Shown here one piece after another: positions 26,097 to 33,380 of a stretch of 64,000 nucleotides of DNA. The stretch is from contig BEHR01000009.1 of the NCBI GenBank assembly GCA_002898555.1, positions 6,975 to 70,974 on the forward strand. Reading direction: 5' to 3'. Source of the stretch: a bacterium HR15 (GTDB taxonomy: Bacteria; Armatimonadota; Fimbriimonadia; Fimbriimonadales; GBS-DC). A model generated the notes under the pieces. It saw only the letters and a program-made list of their open reading frames with translations, was not told the DNA's origin and did not search any database. A program made the translations under genes and the position numbers. Every line of letters begins with the position of its first letter. Within the stretch, counting starts at the first letter, position 1.

Positions 26097-28448
26097 CTAC
26101 TCGCTCTCGCAACCATGACCAAAGTCTGCGAGAACCGCAAGAAGGTCTTCATCGTCCACAATCCCGTTCCAATCAATGTCTGCAGCGGCATCATCACTGG
26201 TACCTAAAGCCTGTAGCACTCGGAGCAGGTCTTGGTCGTCCACACAACCATCACCATTCACATCTGATAAGTAGATAATGAGGTCTTCTGGTGAATACAA
26301 GCAGCGTCCATCTTCGCCTGGTGGGGTCAATCCATCACCACAGTTCGCAGGACATTCGCCGCTTCTGAACTGACCAGGTTCACCAACCATCGGAGTGCCT
26401 CTTAACGGTGGTCCGAGATAGCCACGCGCGTCTCTGCAACCGTAATCTATTGAAACTATTTGACCACTCAGTCGTACAGGCTTATCGTCAGGCGGGTTGA
26501 TAATCTGGTAAGGCCGCGTAAAGGTTATGGTACTCCCCCTTTTAGTGAATTCTCCAACTTGAAAGTGGAGGTGAGGCCCAGTAACATCGCCTGAGGCTCC
26601 GACCTTAGCGATCGGCTGCCCTCGGCTTACCTGATCACCATTACTACCTAGGAACCCACTCAAGTGGAGATAAATGGTACCAAGGTACACTTCCGTACCA
26701 TCAAGTTTCCTAGCAATCCACGAAGCTACAAGATATATATAGTTTCCATTTGTTTCGCATTTACTACCTGTTATAATCTTGCCATCATGAGATGCCAAAA
26801 CGACTTCATTGCAGTCATTAGGTAGACCAGTATGATATCGACACTCCGCTTGAGCGCCATTGACTAAGTTAAAATCAACCGCGTAATCTCGCCCCCCTCG
26901 AGGATGGTCATCATAAGTCGAAGGCTGCCAGAGCTGACCCTGTTGCCACGGTGCAGCAAGGTTAAGCAGAAACTCTCTGACGCGATCTGGTTGATTCCCA
27001 CCCTGCGTGGTTATCGTATAAACCGCCGTAAAGGTGTCGTTGGCATTTACAGTAAACGAAATCGTTTGACTGGTGGAGAAGTCCACCCCATTCCGCTGCC
27101 ACTTCTGGAAGCGGTTCCCATTCGGAGCCGTTGCCGGGGCTGTCAGCGACACCGAAGTCCCCTGATTGTAGGTACGAGTAAACGGCGTTGTACCACTGCC
27201 CTGACCAGAGTTGTCAGGAGGCGAAACCGTTATCGAAACCCCACTACTCGGATTAGACGATTGAATAGTAATGGTGTTGGTCGGCACACCATAAACCGCC
27301 GTAAAGGTGTCGTTGGCATTTACAGTAAACGAAATCGTTTGACTGGTGGAGAAGTCCACCCCATTCCGCTGCCACTTCTGGAAGCGGTTCCCATTCGGAG
27401 CCGTTGCCGGGGCTGTCAGCGACACCGAAGTCCCCTGATTGTAGGTACGAGTAAACGGCGTTGTACCACTGCCCTGACCAGAGTTGTCAGGAGGCGAAAC
27501 CGTTATCGAAACCCCACTACTCGGATTAGACGATTGAATAGTAATGGTGTTGGTCGGCACACCATAAACCGCCGTAAAGGTGTCGTTGGCGGTTATATTA
27601 AATTCTATGTATTGGCTTGAAGAGTAAAAACTACCATTCCGTAGCCAGCGCTGAAACGGAGCCCCATTAGGCGCAGTCGGAGGCGCGGTCAACCTGAGAC
27701 GGTCCCCAGAAACATACCGCAGCGTCGTCGGAGTTGAAACGGTAAAGTTCGCAGGAACCACCGCATCTAAGTCGGGAGTATCTACACGAATACCTACACT
27801 ACCGCCACTGCCAGACGCCTCAAGCCGAAGCTGAACTACCGTGTACCCTGAAGGGGCACCGGTTTTGATTAGGTAGACCCCATACGGTATTTGCGAGTCC
27901 GCAGACCACCCTATATCCCCATTCGACCATCGGATTCGCCACCAGACCAAGTTGTTGCCTATGCGTACCGCATAAGCGGTTCCCGTTGCCCCTGCAAAAC
28001 GCGGGTTCGCTACTTCCGGGTAATTAGTGCTGGGACCCAAACGCACACGTAAACCAGCACTTCCTACATCGTCATAGACTCGCACAGGGTATGCGCCTAA
28101 GTTCGCGGTTACATTCGGGTAATAGCCTTCGCCTGGCATTGGAACCAGCCAGCGTGTGGAGCCACTGCCTTGGGCAATCCAGCCGTGCGGGTTGACACGC
28201 CAAAATCGGTAAGTGGTCCCCCCAATCGAACAGTCTTGCCAACAAGACGAGGAGGCAATTTGACCTTCGTTGCCAGCACGAATTGTGCCGATGACAGAGC
28301 CGCATGCAGTAGAGCGTACATTAACACCATCTCCAGCGTAGGTCACGCCGACGCGGTCGCCGCAATTGAGGGTCTGCGTCCAGGCAGTTAGCATTACTAT
28401 CCACCCAATGATGCCCAATCCAACAGCGCGGACGACCCTGTTCTTCAT
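26097..28448 (-). CDS. secreted SH3-like / triple beta-domain / M23 metallopeptidase / dockerin-like multidomain protein
   Basis: Start MKNRVV (ATG 28448, SD GAGGTGA). The M23 motif is 'IYLHLSGF...GQPIAKVGASGDVTGPHLHFQV'. The C-terminus reads 'DVNGDGCVDDQDLLRVLQALG...DWNGIVDDEDLLAVLADFG'. Two 91-aa units are identical. Confidence 0.85.
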   Translation of the reverse strand: MKNRVVRAVGLGIIGWIVMLTAWTQTLNCGDRVGVTYAGDGVNVRSTACGSVIGTIRAGNEGQIASSSCWQDCSIGGTTYRFWRVNPHGWIAQGSGSTRWLVPMPGEGYYPNVTANLGAYPVRVYDDVGSAGLRVRLGPSTNYPEVANPRFAGATGTAYAVRIGNNLVWWRIRWSNGDIGWSADSQIPYGVYLIKTGAPSGYTVVQLRLEASGSGGSVGIRVDTPDLDAVVPANFTVSTPTTLRYVSGDRLRLTAPPTAPNGAPFQRWLRNGSFYSSSQYIEFNITANDTFTAVYGVPTNTITIQSSNPSSGVSITVSPPDNSGQGSGTTPFTRTYNQGTSVSLTAPATAPNGNRFQKWQRNGVDFSTSQTISFTVNANDTFTAVYGVPTNTITIQSSNPSSGVSITVSPPDNSGQGSGTTPFTRTYNQGTSVSLTAPATAPNGNRFQKWQRNGVDFSTSQTISFTVNANDTFTAVYTITTQGGNQPDRVREFLLNLAAPWQQGQLWQPSTYDDHPRGGRDYAVDFNLVNGAQAECRYHTGLPNDCNEVVLASHDGKIITGSKCETNGNYIYLVASWIARKLDGTEVYLGTIYLHLSGFLGSNGDQVSRGQPIAKVGASGDVTGPHLHFQVGEFTKRGSTITFTRPYQIINPPDDKPVRLSGQIVSIDYGCRDARGYLGPPLRGTPMVGEPGQFRSGECPANCGDGLTPPGEDGRCLYSPEDLIIYLSDVNGDGCVDDQDLLRVLQALGTSDDAAADIDWNGIVDDEDLLAVLADFGHGCESE
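27018..27590 (-). repeat. perfect 273-bp tandem duplication inside the M23/dockerin gene
   Basis: 27018-27290 equals 27291-27563 base for base by my line-by-line comparison, plus a further 27 identical nt (27564-27590). It encodes two identical 91-aa domains. Confidence 0.9.
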
Positions 28449-28677
28449 GTCCGTCACCTCAAATGCGATTTTTGCACTGTAACAAGTGCTACCCATCCCA
28501 CACTTGACCTTCGCCATCATGCTCACCGTCCTTCTGCTTGATGTTGGCGAGACAGGTAAGCCTGCCTACGCCAGTGCTATTATACATCGCTGGGATAGCC
28601 CCTCCTGCAACGGGTTTTGGCGCGTAACTGATAGAAATCTATCGGAAATTTCGAATCGGACCCCCTGCACGCGAAGC

Positions 28678-28725
28678 AAGAGCAGGAATCGGACAGACTC
28701 AAAGGCAAAAGCAGGAATCGGACAG
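28678..28725 (+). promoter_or_regulatory. direct repeat AGCAGGAATCGGACAG x2 (29-nt period) in a divergent intergenic region
   Basis: 28681-28696 and 28710-28725 are identical. They lie 35-80 nt upstream of ORF 28760. Confidence 0.5.
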
Positions 28726-28759
28726 CAGGAGGTGTATCATGTAAGCGGAGGTGTAAAGG

Positions 28760-29785
28760 ATGATGCCATACCGAATGCGCTTTACCGTTCCAGAGGATGT
28801 TCCTATGTGCGTGGCGATGGAACCCACGCATTTCGGATGTTCTGACGCCAACCAAGAGGAAGCGTGCCGATGGTTGGGAACGCTCCTTGCAAAGGGACGC
28901 GCGCTCTCGGCGGTCGTGGTGAACGAGCAGGATGAACCCGTCGCCTTCGGCTTGACGCTCTTTATCTCCGACGAGTTCCGCCAGTTTCTGCTCAGCGAGC
29001 ACAACCAGCAGCTGATAGGGCAGCGGCTTCGACAGTTCTGCACCCCACGCACTATCTTGGCATTGCTCGGGATTGAGCGCGGGCATCGGGGCGAAGGGTT
29101 GAACATGGTGGGCTTCTACGGCTGGCGCGAGGAGTTGCCCGAAGCCGACCTCGCTGCGGTGCGGTCGCTGCTTTATGCGAGCTTCCCCTATCTGCATGCG
29201 GGCTACCATCTGAAGTCGTTCCTGAAAGAGGTGTATGGGGCGCAGGAGGCGGCGATGTATACCCAGATGGGTTTCACGGTGCATAAGCAGCCGTCGGACT
29301 ATCCACTGCCGCGTCGCGCTTTGGAGCCGTATCTAATGGGCGTGGTGCGCGGTGAGGTGTCCTTTCCTGCGCGGGCAGCGGACCTCTTTCAGGGGACATC
29401 ACCCCCAATCGAGCTGAAGCGGCGTTATCGGGAAGTGGGACAGCTGGCGTACATGATGCGATTGGACGACGGAGAGATTACGCAGTGCTTGGGTCTTACC
29501 GACAATGCCCTGTATAACCTTTGGTCTCGACTTGGGCGGAGGCTGAACGGCAATAGTGAGCATCCCAACAGTCGTTTCGGGCGACGCGGCTGCTTGCGCG
29601 TGATTGCGGAGTGCCCTGCAATCATCTACCCGTTGTCGGTTCATACCCGGTTTTATCATTGTCCTGAGCGGGCGCGTCGGTATCCGCTGCCGTTGCAGGA
29701 GCGTGTGTTGTCGCCGCCTGCGGCGAGGTGGGCTAATGCCCATGAGAGGGGCTTGGAGGGCGTACAGGTGGTGCAGGGTGCGTGA
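28760..29785 (+). CDS. hypothetical regulator: acyltransferase-like N-domain plus LuxR/sigma-r4-like HTH
   Basis: 341 aa. The central 'LKRRYREVGQLAYMMRLDDGEITQCLGLTDNALYNLWSRLGRRL' resembles a region-4 type HTH. The N-domain assignment is weak. The C-terminal about 80 aa are atypical. Confidence 0.4.
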   Translation: MMPYRMRFTVPEDVPMCVAMEPTHFGCSDANQEEACRWLGTLLAKGRALSAVVVNEQDEPVAFGLTLFISDEFRQFLLSEHNQQLIGQRLRQFCTPRTILALLGIERGHRGEGLNMVGFYGWREELPEADLAAVRSLLYASFPYLHAGYHLKSFLKEVYGAQEAAMYTQMGFTVHKQPSDYPLPRRALEPYLMGVVRGEVSFPARAADLFQGTSPPIELKRRYREVGQLAYMMRLDDGEITQCLGLTDNALYNLWSRLGRRLNGNSEHPNSRFGRRGCLRVIAECPAIIYPLSVHTRFYHCPERARRYPLPLQERVLSPPAARWANAHERGLEGVQVVQGA

Positions 29786-29841
29786 TCGGGGTGCGCTCTT
29801 TGCTTTACCGTGAACTTATAGGGCGGTCATCCTGAGTGTTT

Positions 29842-30966
29842 TCAACTTGCTGTGTTCACGAGCGGTTCCTCTATCAAGCGCAGGAACTCGGCGAAAAAGG
29901 GGCGGCTGTCCCATGGTCCTGGCGCCGCTTCCGGGTGGAATTGCAGCGTGATGAGTTTCAGGTCGGGATGGCGCACCCCTTCAATCGTGCCGTCGTTCAG
30001 CTGCAGATGGGTGATCTCCAGTCCGGTGTTTGCTAAGCTCTCTGGCACGACGGCGTAGCCGTGATTGTGCGAGGTAATCGCCACTTGTCCTGTCAGCAGG
30101 TTCTTGACGGGATGATTGCAGCCCCGATGTCCGAACTTGAGTTTGTAGGTGCTTGCGCCCAGTGCCAAGCAGAGCAATTGATGTCCCAGGCAGATCCCCG
30201 CGATGGGTTTTTTGCCGATTAGTTCGCGGATGGTTGTCACGACGCTGCTCAATCGCGCGGGGTCGCCTGGTCCGGGCGAGAGCAGGATGCCGTCTGGGTT
30301 CAGCGCGAGGATTTCGTGCGCGGGCGTGGTCGCGGGCAAGATGAGGGAGCGCACGCCCAGGCTTGCCAGTCGTCGTGGGATGTTCCACTTCACCCCACAA
30401 TCGAGGATTGCCACGCGGTAGCGATAGCGGTCATCGGGTGCGCTCATCGGCTCCAGCCCGTTATAGCCCCACTTATACGGCTCCGGCGTGGTGACGCGGA
30501 AGACGAAATCGCCTTCCTCGTAGCGCGGGGTGTTCTGGAGCCGTTCGAAGGCGTCGGCGGGCGTCTCGTCGGTGGTGAGAGTGCCCATCATCACGCCGCG
30601 CTCACGGATACGGCGGGTAATGGCGCGTGTATCCACGCCTGCGATGCCCACCACGCCGTGCATCGCGAGATAGTCGTGCAGGGCGAGCCGCGCCCGCCAA
30701 TTGGAAGGCGAATCGCACGCTTCGCGCACCACGAAGCCCGCCACCTGCACGCGGAACGATTCCTGATCTTCAGGGTTCAGCCCGTAGTTGCCCACCAGGG
30801 GATAGGTCATCAGCACGATTTGCCCGGCGTAGGAGGGGTCGGTCAGCACTTCCTGATAGCCCGTCATGCCGGTGTTGAACACCAGTTCGCCGGTGGTGTG
30901 CCCCTCCGCGCCGATGGCTTCGCCCTCGTACCAGCTCCCATCTTCCAGCACCAGATAGGCTCGCAT
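29842..30966 (-). CDS. carA: carbamoyl-phosphate synthase small (glutaminase) subunit
   Basis: Carries 'VFNTGMTGYQEVLTDPSYAGQIVLMTYPLVGNYG' and the GATase 'ICLGHQLL' catalytic Cys. Confidence 0.95.
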   Translation of the reverse strand: MRAYLVLEDGSWYEGEAIGAEGHTTGELVFNTGMTGYQEVLTDPSYAGQIVLMTYPLVGNYGLNPEDQESFRVQVAGFVVREACDSPSNWRARLALHDYLAMHGVVGIAGVDTRAITRRIRERGVMMGTLTTDETPADAFERLQNTPRYEEGDFVFRVTTPEPYKWGYNGLEPMSAPDDRYRYRVAILDCGVKWNIPRRLASLGVRSLILPATTPAHEILALNPDGILLSPGPGDPARLSSVVTTIRELIGKKPIAGICLGHQLLCLALGASTYKLKFGHRGCNHPVKNLLTGQVAITSHNHGYAVVPESLANTGLEITHLQLNDGTIEGVRHPDLKLITLQFHPEAAPGPWDSRPFFAEFLRLIEEPLVNTAS

Positions 30967-31045
30967 CGGTCAACAGGAAGTATACCTGAAGGCATACCTT
31001 TCACCTACCCTCTTGGAACCTGAATGCGCCAGAGAGTTTGGCGTT

Positions 31046-31157
31046 GCGAATTTTCGAACACCCTCAGAGGTTCCGTGTTCGGAAAAGGGTTTTGGGCAGA
31101 GACAGGGGCCTGCTCCTACACACCCTCCATTCGCCTGGCGAATTTTTCGAACACCCT
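31046..31157. repeat. two copies of GCGAATTTT(T)CGAACACCCT motif
   Basis: Copies at 31046-31065 and 31137-31157, with a third at 62377-62394. Copy 1 can pair with GTGTTCGGAAAA (31075-31086). Confidence 0.8.
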
Positions 31158-31165
31158 ACCCCCCC

Positions 31166-31195
31166 TTGACAAAGCTGTCATCGATTGGGTATAAT
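31166..31195 (+). promoter_or_regulatory. sigma-70-type promoter of nosZ
   Basis: TTGACA (31166-31171), 18 nt spacer, TATAAT (31190-31195). An A/T-rich 'GAATTTTTCGAA' sits at UP-element distance. Confidence 0.75.
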
Positions 31196-31204
31196 GGATG
31201 GCGT

Positions 31205-31227
31205 CATTAGACCAAATCGGTCTAATG
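31205..31227 (+). promoter_or_regulatory. perfect 9-bp inverted repeat at the predicted 5' end of the nosZ transcript
   Basis: CATTAGACC-aaatc-GGTCTAATG, starting 10 nt after the -10 box. Confidence 0.5.
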
Positions 31228-31259
31228 AATTCGGAGACAGAGAGATGGGAGGAGATACG

Positions 31260-33242
31260 ATGAGAAGCTGGATGCGATACCTGATTGCAGGCGTGGTGTT
31301 GATTGTGTTCGTCGCGATCGTTGTGATCGTGCGCAACGCGCGTCAATCGGCTCTACCGGCTGGCTTACCCAGCGATGCGCTCGCACTTGCGCGAGAACGC
31401 GGTCTAACGCCTGACGATGTGTATGCCGCCCTGGCGACCTATGTGCCAGGAGGCAAATCCGACGAGTATGTGATGTTCGCCTCCGGCGGACACAGCGGGC
31501 AAGTCATCGCTATCGGCATCCCCTCGATGCGCATTCTGAAAGTCATCGCCGTGTTCGCTCCGGAGCCGTGGCAGGGCTATGGGTATGGCGTGGAGGAGAA
31601 CCCGCTGAACGAACTCTACGGACGCGGTCCTTATCCCGCTGCCGATACTCATCACCCTGCGTTGAGCGAGACCAACGGCGAGTACGATGGGCAGTTCCTG
31701 TTCATTGGTGACAAGGCGAACGGGCGCGTGGCGGTGATCGACCTGCGCGACTGGGAGACCAAGCAGATTGTGAAGAACCCCGTGTTTGAGAACAACCATG
31801 GCGCAGCGTTCGTCACGCCCAATACCGAGTATGTGGTGGAGGTCTCACAATACGGTTTGCCGCTGGGCAACAAGTATGCGCCCCTGGAGCGCTACAAGGA
31901 GGATTATCGCGGGCTGATTACCTTCTGGAAGTTCGACCGCAAGAAGGGGCGCATCGTGCCGGAGCAGTCTTTCGGCATCGAGGTGCCTCCTTACTGGCAG
32001 GATTTGGCGGACTGCGGCAAGGCTGCCAGCGACGGCTGGGTGTTTGTGAACTCCTTCAACACTGAGCTGGCGACAGGCGGCATCGAGAAAGGCAAGCCCC
32101 CATTTGAAGCGGGTGTTTCCCAGAACGACATGGACTACCTGCACATCATCAACTGGAGGCAGGCGGAGAAGCTGGTGCAGCAGGGTAAGTTCATCACCAT
32201 TAACGGCTTCAAAGTGCTGCCGCTGAAAGAGGCGATTGCAGGGGGCGTACTCTACTTCACGCCGGAGCCGAAAAGCCCTCACGGCGTCGATGTATGCCCA
32301 TGCGGCAAGCACATCGTAGTCGGTGGCAAGCTTGATCCGCATGTGACTATCTACAACATCGAGAAGATCAAGCAAGCGATTGCCAACAAGGACTACGAGA
32401 AGACCGATCCCTACGGCGTGCCTGTGCTGCGCTTCGACGCCACCAAAGAGGCGCAGGTGGAGGTCGGGCTGGGACCGCTGCACACGCAGTTCGACGATCA
32501 AGGCTATGCTTACACCAGCCTCTTCCTGGACACCGCGGTTGCCCGCTGGACACTGGGCGGCTGCAAATACAAGGCGCCCGAGGAGCCGTGGAAGCTGGTG
32601 GGCAAGATTCAGACCCACTACAATATCGGGCACCTGGCAGTGACCGAAGGCGACACAGTGAACCCGCAGAGCAAGTACCTCGTTGCGCTCAACAAGTGGT
32701 CGGTTGACCGCTTCACCAACACTGGTCCGCTGCTGCCCCAGAACTTACAGCTGATCGATATCAGCAACACGGGCGAGCGGATGCGCCTACTATACGACAT
32801 GCCCTTGGGCATCGGCGAGCCGCACTATGCCCAGATTATCCGCGCCGACCGTCTGAAGAGCTGGGAGGTCTATCCAGAGATAGGTTGGGACGCGCATAAG
32901 CAGGCGAAAAGCCCCTATGCCGCCACCAAAGGGCGCATCGAGGTCAGCGGCAACACCGTCACGATCTACTCCACGCTGATCCGCAGCCACTTTGAGCCAG
33001 AGCATATCAAGGTGAAGAAGGGTCAGCGTGTGGTATGGCATCTTACCAACCTGGAGCGCACGCGCGACGCCACTCACGGCTTCACCGTGCCCGGCTACGG
33101 GTTGAGCGCGAGCCTTGAACCGGGCGAAACCGTCACGGTGGAATTCGTGGCGGATAAGGAAGGGGTTTACTCCTTCTATTGCTCCGAGTTCTGCTCCGCG
33201 CTTCACCTGGAGATGATGGGCTATCTGCTGGTGGAGCCGTGA
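31260..33242 (+). CDS. nosZ: nitrous-oxide reductase, Sec-type (clade II-like)
   Basis: Carries 'AADTHHPALSETNGEYDG' (CuZ His pair) and the C-terminal CuA site 'FYCSEFCSALHLEMMG'. The N-terminus 'MRSWMRYLIAGVVLIVFVAIVVIV' has no twin-arginine motif. ATG 31260 follows GGGAGGAG. Confidence 0.93.
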   Translation: MRSWMRYLIAGVVLIVFVAIVVIVRNARQSALPAGLPSDALALARERGLTPDDVYAALATYVPGGKSDEYVMFASGGHSGQVIAIGIPSMRILKVIAVFAPEPWQGYGYGVEENPLNELYGRGPYPAADTHHPALSETNGEYDGQFLFIGDKANGRVAVIDLRDWETKQIVKNPVFENNHGAAFVTPNTEYVVEVSQYGLPLGNKYAPLERYKEDYRGLITFWKFDRKKGRIVPEQSFGIEVPPYWQDLADCGKAASDGWVFVNSFNTELATGGIEKGKPPFEAGVSQNDMDYLHIINWRQAEKLVQQGKFITINGFKVLPLKEAIAGGVLYFTPEPKSPHGVDVCPCGKHIVVGGKLDPHVTIYNIEKIKQAIANKDYEKTDPYGVPVLRFDATKEAQVEVGLGPLHTQFDDQGYAYTSLFLDTAVARWTLGGCKYKAPEEPWKLVGKIQTHYNIGHLAVTEGDTVNPQSKYLVALNKWSVDRFTNTGPLLPQNLQLIDISNTGERMRLLYDMPLGIGEPHYAQIIRADRLKSWEVYPEIGWDAHKQAKSPYAATKGRIEVSGNTVTIYSTLIRSHFEPEHIKVKKGQRVVWHLTNLERTRDATHGFTVPGYGLSASLEPGETVTVEFVADKEGVYSFYCSEFCSALHLEMMGYLLVEP

Positions 33243-33254
33243 GACCTCTCCACT

Positions 33255-33288
33255 GGGGGCAGGGGTTGCCCCCCTGCCCCATTTTTTA
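33255..33288 (+). terminator. intrinsic terminator after nosZ
   Basis: GGGGCAGGGG-ttgcc-CCCCTGCCCC followed by ATTTTTTA, 13 nt after the nosZ stop. Confidence 0.85.
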
Positions 33289-33300
33289 GAGCGCGTGTTG

Positions 33301-33361
33301 CGTGGACAGCTTGTCCACGAGGCTCCAGAGAAAAGAAAAGTCGCCCGAGCATCCTGCTCGG
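33301..33361 (+). promoter_or_regulatory. two short perfect palindromes in the nosZ / nosBDFY spacer
   Basis: CGTGGACA-gct-TGTCCACG (33301-33319) and CCGAGCA-tcc-TGCTCGG (33345-33361), upstream of the SD at 33369-33377. Confidence 0.4.
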
Positions 33362-33380
33362 AACAACGGAAGGAGGTCTA

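Noticed and set aside
27018-27590. Possible CRISPR-like or satellite array (also 48361..48468).
   Set aside because: The repeats are contiguous with no unique spacers, their lengths are multiples of three, and they lie in frame within coding sequences. No cas genes are present in the window.
26904-27620. 238-aa plus-strand ORF with an internal repeat.
   Set aside because: It is the antisense image of the 273-bp duplication inside the M23/dockerin gene. It has no SD and an Arg-rich composition.
24136-28448. Prophage interpretation of the tail-fibre-like and M23 lysin-like genes.
   Set aside because: No capsid, terminase, portal, integrase, holin or att-like repeats are nearby. Both proteins have Sec signal peptides, and one has a dockerin-like anchoring module. 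This fits secreted cellular proteins better than a phage.
28641-28670. tRNA T-loop-like word TTCGAATC.
   Set aside because: It has no flanking GG/CC T-stem and no acceptor or anticodon stems. I could not build a cloverleaf here or elsewhere in the window.
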